This document shows, piece after piece, positions 9,141 through 17,183 of a DNA stretch of 38,458 bases. The position numbers and the translations under genes are program-made. Under the pieces are notes generated by a model. The model did not search any database and was not told the origin of the DNA. It worked only from the letters and a program-made list of their open reading frames with translations. The number at the start of each line of letters is the position of its first letter. Position 1 is the stretch's first letter. Origin of the DNA: a virus. The stretch lies in IMG/VR virus record IMGVR_UViG_3300045988_156575. One strand, 5' to 3'.

Positions 9141-10695
9141 TATCTGGCTCGCGTCGTTCAGGACCTCCTACCGGTACGCCCGCGTTTCGCGGTCGACCGG
9201 CCTGGAGACCGGCGCCATCGAGTGCTTCACCGGCGGGAGCATCAGCCGCAACCAGGACACGGACACCTATGAGTCCGCATCGCTGGACTACGTCGGCAGG
9301 CTCGACATGGGCAACGACTTCGTGCGCATCTACCTCGACGCGGAGGACCCGATCTCGGGCGCGTCGCGCACCGTGTGCCTGGGGACCTTCGAGTGCTCGA
9401 CGCCGTCCCGCACGGTGAGCGGCGAGGTGGCGACCGGCATCGCGACGCTCTACGGCAGACTCCACGACCTCGCGAAGGACGACTTCGACGAGCCGTACAC
9501 CGTGCCGGCCGGCGCAAACGCGGTCTCCGCGGCCAAGGCGATCGCGGAGGGGTGCGGGCTCGAGGTGGTCGCGGAGCCGAGCGACTACACGCTGTCGACG
9601 GCATGGGTCTTCGGGATCGCCGCCACGGCGGACACGCCGGACAACAAGCTGGGCGCGGTCAATAGGCTGCTCTCCGCTGCAGGATTCAGGAGCGCGTCGA
9701 CCGACGCCTACGGGCGCGTGCTGTTCAGGCGTTACCTGGAACCGGCGGCGAGGCCGATCGACCACACCTTCTCAGAGGGCGAGGACTGCCGGGTGCTTCC
9801 CGACCTCACCGACGAGCAGGACGACTTCGACGCGGTGAACGTGGTGCACGTCGACTTCGCTACCCAGGGCGAGAGCGTCAGGGGAACGGCCTCGGACGAC
9901 AGCCCGCAGAGCGAGTGGTCGACCGTCTCCACGGGCCGCCGCATCGTGAAGCGGTACCAGTACAGCGACCTCCCGTCAGGGGAGAGCGTCATCGCCGGCG
10001 GCTCCTATCCGCTCGCCGGAGACGGCACCCACGACAGCGCGACCTTCAGGTGCAGCGGCGGCGGGGGGACCATCGAGACCGTCGGCGTTTCCGGGTGTCC
10101 GATCGGCGGCATCAGCCAGGCGATCCGCATCACGAAGGGGTCGGGCTCCGGCGAGATCGGCATCGCCCAGGACAAGATATTCCTCAAGAAGGGCCAGCCG
10201 TACACCGAGTCCGTTTACCTCTACGCGTCGCAGAGGGTGCAGGTGAGGGTCCAGCCAATCTGGCGCGAGGACGACGGGGGAGAGACCGCGACGGTCGCCA
10301 TCGGGCCAGGCTGGACGAGGCTGTCGCTCACGGCCACCCCGGCCAAGTCCGAGGAATACAGCGCGGGCTACATCTACCTTGCCGCTAGCGCGCCGACCGG
10401 ATCGTACATCGACGTAGCGCAGGTCAAGGTCGAGGAGGGCGTTGTGGCAACGCAGTTCGCGGTCGAGGCTGCGAACGAGAAGGCGGCGAGCCTGCTCGCC
10501 ACCGAGTGCTCGGTCATCCGCCGTCCGATCATCACGGCGATCTACAACCCGTCGGCGGACGTCTACTCGGCGTGCGCCATCAGGCTGCCGTCTGTCGGGA
10601 TCGAGCTCGCCCGCGCCTGCATCCGGAAGATGGACCTCGAGCTCTCGATGGGATGCCCCATGAGGATCGAGCTCCGCATGTACATGAGGGGGTGA
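9130..10695 (+). CDS. Tail-associated hub protein (Tal-like) with a C-terminal jelly-roll / carbohydrate-binding-like domain
   Basis: It is the second gene after the tape measure (521 aa, GTG start overlapping the upstream gene). The C-terminal segment ...GWTRLSLTATP...YIDVAQVKVEEGVVATQF resembles CBM-type phage tail domains. Confidence 0.55.
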   Translation: MSDDIWLASFRTSYRYARVSRSTGLETGAIECFTGGSISRNQDTDTYESASLDYVGRLDMGNDFVRIYLDAEDPISGASRTVCLGTFECSTPSRTVSGEVATGIATLYGRLHDLAKDDFDEPYTVPAGANAVSAAKAIAEGCGLEVVAEPSDYTLSTAWVFGIAATADTPDNKLGAVNRLLSAAGFRSASTDAYGRVLFRRYLEPAARPIDHTFSEGEDCRVLPDLTDEQDDFDAVNVVHVDFATQGESVRGTASDDSPQSEWSTVSTGRRIVKRYQYSDLPSGESVIAGGSYPLAGDGTHDSATFRCSGGGGTIETVGVSGCPIGGISQAIRITKGSGSGEIGIAQDKIFLKKGQPYTESVYLYASQRVQVRVQPIWREDDGGETATVAIGPGWTRLSLTATPAKSEEYSAGYIYLAASAPTGSYIDVAQVKVEEGVVATQFAVEAANEKAASLLATECSVIRRPIITAIYNPSADVYSACAIRLPSVGIELARACIRKMDLELSMGCPMRIELRMYMRG

Positions 10696-10701
10696 TGCCT
10701 C

Positions 10702-10947
10702 GTGAGCGCCATGCCGTCCCTGGCCGCGGACCTTGCCGATATCGTCGCCGGCCCTTCGGCGCCCGGCGTCTCGATCGCCTACGGCACCGTCGTCGCGGCG
10801 GACTCCAGGACCGTCGACGTGCGCATCGGGGGCTCGGTTGTCGCCGGCATCTGCATGACGACGTCCTGTCGGGGCGCGGCGCCCGGTCAGCGCGCCATCC
10901 TCATCGGGTCGCCGCCGCTCTGGACGGCGATCGGGATCATCGCTTGA
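10702..10947 (+). CDS. Small tail/baseplate-module protein, function unknown
   Basis: 81 aa with a GTG start, in the tail operon. Confidence 0.4.
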   Translation: MSAMPSLAADLADIVAGPSAPGVSIAYGTVVAADSRTVDVRIGGSVVAGICMTTSCRGAAPGQRAILIGSPPLWTAIGIIA

Positions 10948-10984
10948 TTATCGTGCGGGCGCAGGCCCGCGGAAGGGAAGCCGC

Positions 10985-11623
10985 ATGGCCAACAACAGCG
11001 ACGGGTCCGCCGTCTACGAGGTGAAGGTCGGGGAGGACGACTATATCGACGGCCTCGACGTGACGGAGAGCGACGGTAGCATCACCACCTACCTGTTCCG
11101 CCCGGCAAACTACGACGAAGTCGAGGCGGCGCGAAAGAGGGCCGAGAGCGCAGCGTCTCTGGCGATCAGCGCCGCGGGCACCGCAAAGACCCAGGCAAAT
11201 GACGCCAACGCCGCCGCCGGGGCGGCGAGGACGGCCGCGGAAAAGTGCTCGACTGCCACCAAAAGTGCCGAGGCAGCAGTCCAGAAGGCGAACTCCGCGA
11301 ATCAGACGGCCAGCGCATCGACGACGCTGGCGAGCAATGCGGCCGCCGCGGCCGACGGCGCGGCGTCTCATGCCGAGGCCGCCGCGAACCAGGCGCTGCA
11401 GATCGCGAACTCGGTGGCGCAGGGCGCCGGCGGAGAGTCCGATGTCGCCGAGCTGCGCCGGCAGAACGGCCAGCTAGCCACGATGCTCGCGGACGCGACG
11501 GGAAAATTCATCTACATGGACGGGACCGTCTACTGCCCGACATCCAAGGCGTCGGTGTCCGGTGACACGGTGACGTTCGGGAACACGTGCTCTGTCTCGG
11601 GCAGCACGGTAACCCTCGCATAA
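10985..11623 (+). CDS. Tail fibre protein with an Ala-rich coiled-coil shaft
   Basis: 212 aa. The central low-complexity stretch AAxxAxxxA suggests a coiled coil. It lies directly upstream of the DGR target gene. Confidence 0.55.
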   Translation: MANNSDGSAVYEVKVGEDDYIDGLDVTESDGSITTYLFRPANYDEVEAARKRAESAASLAISAAGTAKTQANDANAAAGAARTAAEKCSTATKSAEAAVQKANSANQTASASTTLASNAAAAADGAASHAEAAANQALQIANSVAQGAGGESDVAELRRQNGQLATMLADATGKFIYMDGTVYCPTSKASVSGDTVTFGNTCSVSGSTVTLA

Positions 11624-11632
11624 GGAGGATAA

Positions 11633-12541
11633 ATGGCAAATGCAAAGACACTGGTCGTCGGCGGCCAGTCACTCAACGTCATCGACGATACCGCGCGCAG
11701 CAACGCGCAGACGGCGCTCAACAACGCCGAGTACAACCGAATGGCGCTCATCGGCAAGTACGGCGGTCAGAGCATCGCGACGCTGCTCGCCGGAGAGATC
11801 GGCGGCGGCACGGTCTACGACGCGCTGCACAAGCGCATCGTGGCGAACAACTTCGCGGGCCTGCGCGTGGGCGACTACCTCGACGTTCCGCTCGTCTCCG
11901 CGTCCGGCGTGGCGGGCCAGCAGTCCGTACGATTCATCATCGCGCACATCGACCCGTACCTGTGGTGCGACGACCGCAGCAAGGGGCACCACATCGCGTT
12001 CGTGGCCTCCGCGCCCATCGCGGTCAGCTCGTCCTACGACGGGGTCGCCAACTCCTCGTGCATCCCGTGGAACGAGACGAACACCAACCAGGGCACGGCG
12101 GACATCAAGAACCCGTACCTGTGCTCGCAGCTCAAGGGCTGGGAGACGGCCTTCGAGGCGTGCCTGCCCGAGGGCCTGACCAAGTACATCCTCACGCAGC
12201 GCGTGCTGCTCGAGGAGCGCTACAGCGCCTCCGGTGCGCTCACCGACTCCAACAACTGGAGCTGGCAGGACATCGGCAAGGTCTGGTCGCTCTCCGAGAT
12301 GGAGGTCTACGGCTGCCCGGTTTGGGGCACGCCCGGCTACTCCGTCGGCTTCGACTGCCAGTTCGACCTCTTCAAGGACACCGCACACCGACTCAACGGT
12401 AGCCGCTTCACCTGGTGGCTCCGTTCCGTCAGGGGTGGCTCGTCTGCGACCGTCTGCTACGTCAACACCAACGGCTCCGCCAGCTTCGGCGATGCCGCGA
12501 GCGCCTGGGTTCGCCCGCGCGTGGGCTTCCTCCTAGGGTAG
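11633..12541 (+). CDS. DGR target protein: terminal tail fibre / receptor-binding protein with a C-terminal variable region
   Basis: Strong RBS (AAGGAGG), 302 aa. The C-terminus ...SRFTWWLRSVRGGSSATVCYVNTNGSASFGDAASAWVRPRVGFLLG is encoded by the VR. Confidence 0.9.
   Translation: MANAKTLVVGGQSLNVIDDTARSNAQTALNNAEYNRMALIGKYGGQSIATLLAGEIGGGTVYDALHKRIVANNFAGLRVGDYLDVPLVSASGVAGQQSVRFIIAHIDPYLWCDDRSKGHHIAFVASAPIAVSSSYDGVANSSCIPWNETNTNQGTADIKNPYLCSQLKGWETAFEACLPEGLTKYILTQRVLLEERYSASGALTDSNNWSWQDIGKVWSLSEMEVYGCPVWGTPGYSVGFDCQFDLFKDTAHRLNGSRFTWWLRSVRGGSSATVCYVNTNGSASFGDAASAWVRPRVGFLLG
12401..12535 (+). repeat. DGR variable repeat (VR)
   Basis: It aligns to 13069-13203 at an offset of 668. Across 12401-12525 there are 15 mismatches, all at TR adenines, and no other mismatches. 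Confidence 0.92.
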
Positions 12542-12569
12542 CGAAGCGGACCGTACAGGACACCCATCG

Positions 12570-12596
12570 GGCGCACGCCTCGCGCGTGCGCCTTTT
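12570..12596 (+). terminator. GC hairpin plus T-run just downstream of the VR and target stop codon
   Basis: ggcgcacgc (12570-12578) pairs with gcgtgcgcc (12584-12592). The loop is 5 nt and TTTT follows. Confidence 0.65.
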
Positions 12597-12597
12597 C

Positions 12598-13044
12598 ATG
12601 TCACGAGAGAGGAGCATCGCCTTGAGCGGAGTACCCGAGAGGCTTAGAAACCTGAGCGAGCGCGAGTTCTACAACACGGCCATCGAGCTGCGCGTGGAGG
12701 TTCTGGGCATCATCACGTCGAGCGCCATCCCGAAATCGCAGCGCTTCACGTTCGCCGTCCCGATGGCGGAGACGGCCCGCAGCGTCGTCTACAACATCGT
12801 CAAGTCAGAGGCGTTCTACCCGAACACCCCCGAGAACGTCGCGGCACGCAAGCGCTACCTCACGTTGGCCGTCGCCGACTGCGAGCAGCTGTACCAGGAC
12901 GCGCAGGCATACCTCGAGGTGTACCGCCGGAAGGGGGACACGCAGCACGCCGGGGCATTCGAGCGCATGGCGGGGCTCGTCGACTCCGAGATAAAGCTGC
13001 TCAAGGGTGCGCGCAAGGGCGTCAAGCTGATCGGGACGCGGTAG
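12598..13044 (+). CDS. avd: Accessory variability determinant (Avd-like helical-bundle protein)
   Basis: It sits between VR and TR. The product is about 140-148 aa, predicted helical and basic at the C-terminus, with an ...AETARSVVYNIVKSEA... segment like the Avd / 23S-IVS protein family. An alternative TTG start at 12622 has a better RBS (GAGAGGAG). Confidence 0.7.
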   Translation: MSRERSIALSGVPERLRNLSEREFYNTAIELRVEVLGIITSSAIPKSQRFTFAVPMAETARSVVYNIVKSEAFYPNTPENVAARKRYLTLAVADCEQLYQDAQAYLEVYRRKGDTQHAGAFERMAGLVDSEIKLLKGARKGVKLIGTR

Positions 13045-13068
13045 AATGGCAGGACGTCGTCCCTTGTT

Positions 13069-13203
13069 AACCGCTACAACTGGTGGCTCCGTTCCGTCAG
13101 GGGTGGCTCGTCTGCGAACGTCTGCTACGTCAACAACAACGGCAACGCCAACTACAACGATGCCACGAACGACTGGATTCGCCCGCGCGTGGGATTGCTC
13201 ATA
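13069..13203 (+). repeat. DGR template repeat (TR)
   Basis: It is noncoding in context. In the VR-equivalent frame it reads NRYNWWLRSVRGGSSANVCYVNNNGNANYNDATNDWIRPRVG, with 9 AAC codons. It contains about 28 adenines, of which 15 are substituted in the VR. Confidence 0.92.
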
Positions 13204-13403
13204 CTCGCCAGACAGCCCCGCCCATGCGTGGGGCTCCGAGCACATGAGGAAGGAAGGGCCGACGTTCGGGCACGCGCCCGTAAAGACGCATCCCGCTGGG
13301 AGGGCAGTCCGCTCCTTGCATGGCCGCGAGCTTCGGCGCTCGACGCGGTTTCATTGCTCCTCCCTAAGCGGCCTGGGAACGCCGGCGCCCATAGGCGCAG
13401 GCC

Positions 13404-14639
13404 GTGCGGGATGCCACCATGAATAGCGATGAGCGCCGAAAGGCCAGGAGAGCCAGGCGCGATGCGAAGAGGGCCGCGAACAGGGCGAAGCGCTGCGCGG
13501 CCCTCACCATCTCCAATGCCGCCCGCATCGAAAACATCCACGAGGCGGCACGCGACGCCGCCAAGGGCGTCCGCTGGAAGGCGAGCGTCCAGCGCTACAT
13601 GATCCACTCCCTGCGCAACTCGCTCTACGCACGCCGGGACCTCCTGGCGGGCAACGACATCCGCAAGGGCTTCGTCCGGTTCCACGTCATCGAGCGCGGG
13701 AAGGACAGGGCGATAGCCGCCCCGCGGTTCTCCGAACGCGTGATACAGAAGGCGGTCACGAGGGCCGTCATGGCCCCGGCGGTGTGGCCGACGCTCACGC
13801 CGGGATGCGCGGCCAACATGCGCGGCAGGGGCACGGACTACGCCCTCATGCGCCTGAAGGGGCAGCTCGCCGAGCATTACCGCAGGCACGGCGCGGAGGG
13901 CTACGTCCTGCTCATGGACTTCTCCGACTACTTCGGGACAATCGACCATGGAACGGCGCTGGACCTCGTGAGACGGACGCTCGCAGACCCCGCGGCCGTC
14001 GAGTTCATGCGCCTGCAGATAGAGGCGAACGGCAGGATCGGGCTCGGCCTCGGCAGCGAGCCGAACCAGGCGCTGGCCGTCGCCATACCGTCCCCGCTCG
14101 ACCACCTCGGCGAGCGCTGGCGCGGAATCGAGGCGTCGGGCCGGTACATGGACGACTCCTACTTCATGGCGCTCGACAAGGAGACCCTCTGGCGGTTCCT
14201 CGACGCCGCCCGCGCCCTGTGCACGTCGCTCGGCATCACTATCAACGAGAGGAAGACAAGGGTGGTGAAGCTCACGCGCGGGTTCACGTTCCTCAAGAAG
14301 CGGTTCCGCTTCACCGAGTCGGGCAGGATCGTCGTGACGCCGATACCCAAGTCCCTCGCGCGTGAGCGCCGGAAGATGCGCACACATGCACGCATGGTCG
14401 CCGAGGGAAGCATGACGCTCGAGCAGGCGTACGTCTCCTACATGTCGTTCCGCGGGTCTCTCGAGCGGAAGCGGGGCGACGGCAGGCCGAGGTTCCGCAT
14501 GAACGTGCACCGGGTCGTGCGCGACTTCGACCGGCTGTTCGTCGAGCTAGTCGTCGGTGCCGGCCAGTCTCACGCCACCGATACGATGCCCGTACATCAA
14601 CTACACCCACTAACAGAAAGGAGTCCGAATGGACACTAA
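13404..14639 (+). CDS. DGR reverse transcriptase
   Basis: RT motifs are readable: KDRAIAAP, LLMDFSDYFGTIDH, GLGLGSEPNQALA, RYMDDSYF, INERKTRV, FTFLKKRF. The GTG start at 13404 and the ATG at 13419 are both possible. Confidence 0.9.
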   Translation: MRDATMNSDERRKARRARRDAKRAANRAKRCAALTISNAARIENIHEAARDAAKGVRWKASVQRYMIHSLRNSLYARRDLLAGNDIRKGFVRFHVIERGKDRAIAAPRFSERVIQKAVTRAVMAPAVWPTLTPGCAANMRGRGTDYALMRLKGQLAEHYRRHGAEGYVLLMDFSDYFGTIDHGTALDLVRRTLADPAAVEFMRLQIEANGRIGLGLGSEPNQALAVAIPSPLDHLGERWRGIEASGRYMDDSYFMALDKETLWRFLDAARALCTSLGITINERKTRVVKLTRGFTFLKKRFRFTESGRIVVTPIPKSLARERRKMRTHARMVAEGSMTLEQAYVSYMSFRGSLERKRGDGRPRFRMNVHRVVRDFDRLFVELVVGAGQSHATDTMPVHQLHPLTERSPNGH

Positions 14640-14949
14640 TGAGGAGCGTCCCGACATCGTGGACGACGGCACGCAGGCCGAGGTGAACGCGCTGCGAAAC
14701 CTGCTCTCGCAGCTCGGCGACCCCGACGCGGCCCATGAGGCGGGCGTCATCGACGACGACTCGTACATCGAGCAGAAGGCCAAGAAGATGGCCTATACGG
14801 CGGCGCTCGCCGCCTACGACAGAGGCGAGACGCCCGACGTGCCGGCGCTGCTCGGCCAGATGCGCGAGCAGGCGTCGAAGCCGACGCAGACCGAGCAGAA
14901 CACGGCGAACATCGACTACCTGATGATGACGGTCGGAGGTGAGCAGTAA
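14629..14949 (+). CDS. XkdW-position hypothetical protein
   Basis: RBS AAAGGAG. The 106-aa acidic product lies directly upstream of an XkdX-like gene. Confidence 0.5.
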   Translation: MDTNEERPDIVDDGTQAEVNALRNLLSQLGDPDAAHEAGVIDDDSYIEQKAKKMAYTAALAAYDRGETPDVPALLGQMREQASKPTQTEQNTANIDYLMMTVGGEQ

Positions 14950-15116
14950 TGGCGGCGAAGAAATCCCACGAGCACTCAGAGCACTTCGCGCTCGTCAAGA
15001 AGTACTACGACCGAGGGCTTTGGAGCAAGGCGCGAGTACACAAGGCCGTCGAGTGCAAGTGGATCACCGCCGACGAGTACAAGGAGATCACCGGCGAGGA
15101 GTACACGGCCGAATAG
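14949..15116 (+). CDS. XkdX-family small phage protein (55 aa; not in the supplied ORF track)
   Basis: TAATG start overlap. My own translation is MAAKKSHEHSEHFALVKKYYDRGLWSKARVHKAVECKWITADEYKEITGEEYTAE. The VKKYYDRGLW...ITADEYKEITGEEY stretch matches the XkdX signature as I recall it. Confidence 0.75.
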   Translation: MAAKKSHEHSEHFALVKKYYDRGLWSKARVHKAVECKWITADEYKEITGEEYTAE

Positions 15117-15136
15117 GCGGAAGGAGGGCGCTCGGG

Positions 15137-15550
15137 ATGGAAGTGCTCAAGCTCTTTGCGCCTTACGGACCTGGCTGGCTCGGCGGCGTGCTCCTGGCGC
15201 TCATCGCCTTTTATTTTGGGCGCCAGTTCCTCGAGGAGTACAAACGGCAAAACCAGCGGAAGGGCGAGCTCGACCTGAAGCGCGAGGAGCGAAAGCAGGC
15301 CGAGGTGGACGAGAGGGCGCATCGCGACCGCGAACGGTCCCAGATGGAGGGGCGCATCGCCGCCCAGATGGAACGGAGCAACGCGCTCATGGAGGGCATG
15401 AAGACCCTCATGGAGTCGGTCGTGGCGTCCAACGAGGTCCTGCACAACGACTTGGCCAACAGCCAAGCGCGCAGCCAGGGAATGGCCGAGAAGGTCGACC
15501 ACATCTGCGACCGCGTCGACCTGATCTACAGCAAGGAATCCGGCAGATAG
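15137..15550 (+). CDS. Membrane-anchored coiled-coil protein of the lysis cassette (holin-associated?)
   Basis: RBS GGAAGGAGG. The N-terminal hydrophobic helix GWLGGVLLALIAFYF is followed by a charged coiled-coil region. Confidence 0.5.
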   Translation: MEVLKLFAPYGPGWLGGVLLALIAFYFGRQFLEEYKRQNQRKGELDLKREERKQAEVDERAHRDRERSQMEGRIAAQMERSNALMEGMKTLMESVVASNEVLHNDLANSQARSQGMAEKVDHICDRVDLIYSKESGR

Positions 15551-15560
15551 GAGCAATCGA

Positions 15561-15866
15561 ATGAATGAGATCCAAGCGGGCCTCACGGTCGCCACGGTGC
15601 TGGTCGTGCCGTACATCGTGCAGGCCATCAAGACGAAGGCGATGACGGGCAATGTCGCCCGCTGGACGGCCATAGCCGTCTCGGCAGGATGCGGCGCCCT
15701 CACGGCCATGTCGGGCGGCGTCCCGAGCGAACCCTCGGCATGGGTTACGTCCATCTTCGCCGCCGTCGGCGGCGTGCAGGTGGCCTATGCGGCTTTCAAA
15801 TCAGTCGGCATCACGGACAAATGGCTCGATGCGCTTCTGGCGCTCGGCGATATCAAGGAGGACTAA
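15561..15866 (+). CDS. Holin (multi-TM; r1t-holin-like by impression)
   Basis: 101 aa with 2-3 hydrophobic helices, immediately upstream of and overlapping the endolysin start. Confidence 0.65.
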   Translation: MNEIQAGLTVATVLVVPYIVQAIKTKAMTGNVARWTAIAVSAGCGALTAMSGGVPSEPSAWVTSIFAAVGGVQVAYAAFKSVGITDKWLDALLALGDIKED

Positions 15867-16930
15867 TGGCAGATTTCGCAAACGTTCAGCCGGACAAGTA
15901 TATGCTGCTCGGCTGCAACTTCTCGGTTGGCCGTCCGTTCGGCATCAGGGGCGTGACCATCCACCACATGGCGGGCGACCTCACCGGCGAGCAGTGCAAC
16001 GGCATCTGGAAGGGTAACGGCTGCTCGGCGCACTATTCCGTCGATCGCAACGGCTACATCGTGCAGCACGTCAACGACACCGACCGCGCCTACGCCTGCG
16101 GCGACGGAATCGGCACCGGACGCGGCAACGACACGACCATCAGCATCGAGCACGCCAACAACGCCCGCGGCCCGTGGACCGTGCACGAGGCCGCAATCGA
16201 GAGCGGCGCGCATCTCGTGGCGGCGCTGTGCCTGTACTACGGCCTCGGTCGCCCCGAGTGGTGCAAAAACGTGTTTCCGCACCGCTATTGGAGCGCCACG
16301 GCTTGCCCCGGCGAGCTTGCGGGCTCCCAGCGCGACCATTACATGCAGCGCGCCCAAGCGTGGTACGACGCGATGAAGGGCGGCAAGGCGCCCGCCCCCT
16401 CCACCGCCGCTAAGCCTGCCGCGGCAAAGCCCGCCCAGGCGGTATCCGGCGGCTTCTCAAAGGCATCCGGCAAGCGTATCCCCGTCCACTACTCCCTCCA
16501 CCTCAAGGGCGGCGGCTGGCTGGACGAGGTGACCGACTTCGGCGCCGGGGACAACGGCTTTGCAGGGTATCCGTGCCGACAGCACGACCTGCTGTGCGCA
16601 CGCGTCGACCGCGGCACGCTGAAGTACCAGGTGCATACCATCGAGGACGGCTGGCTAGACTGGGTCGCCAAGGGCGACCGAAACGACACCGTGAACGGCT
16701 GCGCCGGTATCGCCGGCCATACCATCGACGGCGTGCGCATGTACTACGTGACCCCGGGCGGCGAGGAGTACAAGCAGGCATGGTACCGCTCGCAGACCAC
16801 CGCACGCGCCGGATGGCTCGATACCGTGTGCGACGACGGCTCCACGTACGGCGGCGACGACTACGCCGGTTTCTACGGCGAGCCGCTAGACCGACTCCAG
16901 GTCTGCGTCACCGACGGCAACCCGTACTAG
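15866..16930 (+). CDS. Endolysin: N-acetylmuramoyl-L-alanine amidase (PGRP/Amidase_2-like) with three C-terminal ChW-like wall-binding repeats
   Basis: TAATG overlap start. The N-terminal domain shows ...VTIHHMAG...HYSVD...ISIEHAN...[13 protein letters not shown]. The C-terminus has three repeats centred on GWLDEV, GWLDWV and GWLDTV. Confidence 0.85.
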   Translation: MADFANVQPDKYMLLGCNFSVGRPFGIRGVTIHHMAGDLTGEQCNGIWKGNGCSAHYSVDRNGYIVQHVNDTDRAYACGDGIGTGRGNDTTISIEHANNARGPWTVHEAAIESGAHLVAALCLYYGLGRPEWCKNVFPHRYWSATACPGELAGSQRDHYMQRAQAWYDAMKGGKAPAPSTAAKPAAAKPAQAVSGGFSKASGKRIPVHYSLHLKGGGWLDEVTDFGAGDNGFAGYPCRQHDLLCARVDRGTLKYQVHTIEDGWLDWVAKGDRNDTVNGCAGIAGHTIDGVRMYYVTPGGEEYKQAWYRSQTTARAGWLDTVCDDGSTYGGDDYAGFYGEPLDRLQVCVTDGNPY

Positions 16931-16931
16931 C

Positions 16932-17021
16932 ATGATCGCGTTGGACTTCGTCCTCGGCGCGCTCTTCGGCGGCATCGTGACGACCGTCGCATTTTGCATC
17001 GTGAGTGTTAACCGCCCATAG
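16932..17021 (+). CDS. Possible 29-aa hydrophobic peptide after the endolysin
   Basis: My translation is [29 protein letters not shown]. It starts 2 nt after the endolysin stop and a terminator follows. No clear RBS. Confidence 0.3.
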   Translation: MIALDFVLGALFGGIVTTVAFCIVSVNRP

Positions 17022-17029
17022 ACGCTGAA

Positions 17030-17060
17030 CCCCTCCCCGGTACTGCCGGGGAGGGGTTTA
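17030..17060 (+). terminator. Intrinsic terminator ending the late operon
   Basis: 11-bp stem cccctccccgg (17030-17040) pairs with ccggggagggg (17046-17056), followed by TTTA. Confidence 0.7.
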
Positions 17061-17183
17061 TGCATAGCCGTATATCCGTCAATAACCGTTCTCCAATGCA
17101 GCTTCAGCTAGTTAGGAGCGAGTGAGAGCACTGTTACCTGCAACTTTGCTGGTACAGCGCGTGCCAAAACGCCACGTTCAAGA

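Larger units (their letters stand above)
11633..14639 (+). mobile_element. Diversity-generating retroelement cassette (target gene with VR, avd, TR, RT)
   Basis: The component features are listed below. The VR/TR pair shows adenine-only mismatches, and an Avd-like ORF and a YMDD reverse transcriptase follow in the canonical order. Confidence 0.92.

Noticed and set aside
11140-11420. Low-complexity Ala-rich repeat DNA in the 212-aa fibre gene as a possible second DGR target or contingency locus.
   Set aside because: It shows no similarity to the TR, no adenine-specific pattern and no tandem nucleotide repeat unit. It is consistent with an ordinary coiled-coil fibre shaft.
12415-12597. N-terminal extension of the avd ORF back into the VR (track ORF 12415..13044).
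   Set aside because: The extension is an off-frame reading of the VR and of the hairpin/terminator. Plausible starts with an RBS lie at 12598 or 12622, after the hairpin.
13046-13426. 126-aa ORF covering the TR and the TR-RT spacer.
   Set aside because: It reads the template repeat in a different frame from the VR (…GGSVPSGVARLRTSATSTTTATP…) and has no RBS. The interval is better explained as the noncoding DGR template RNA.
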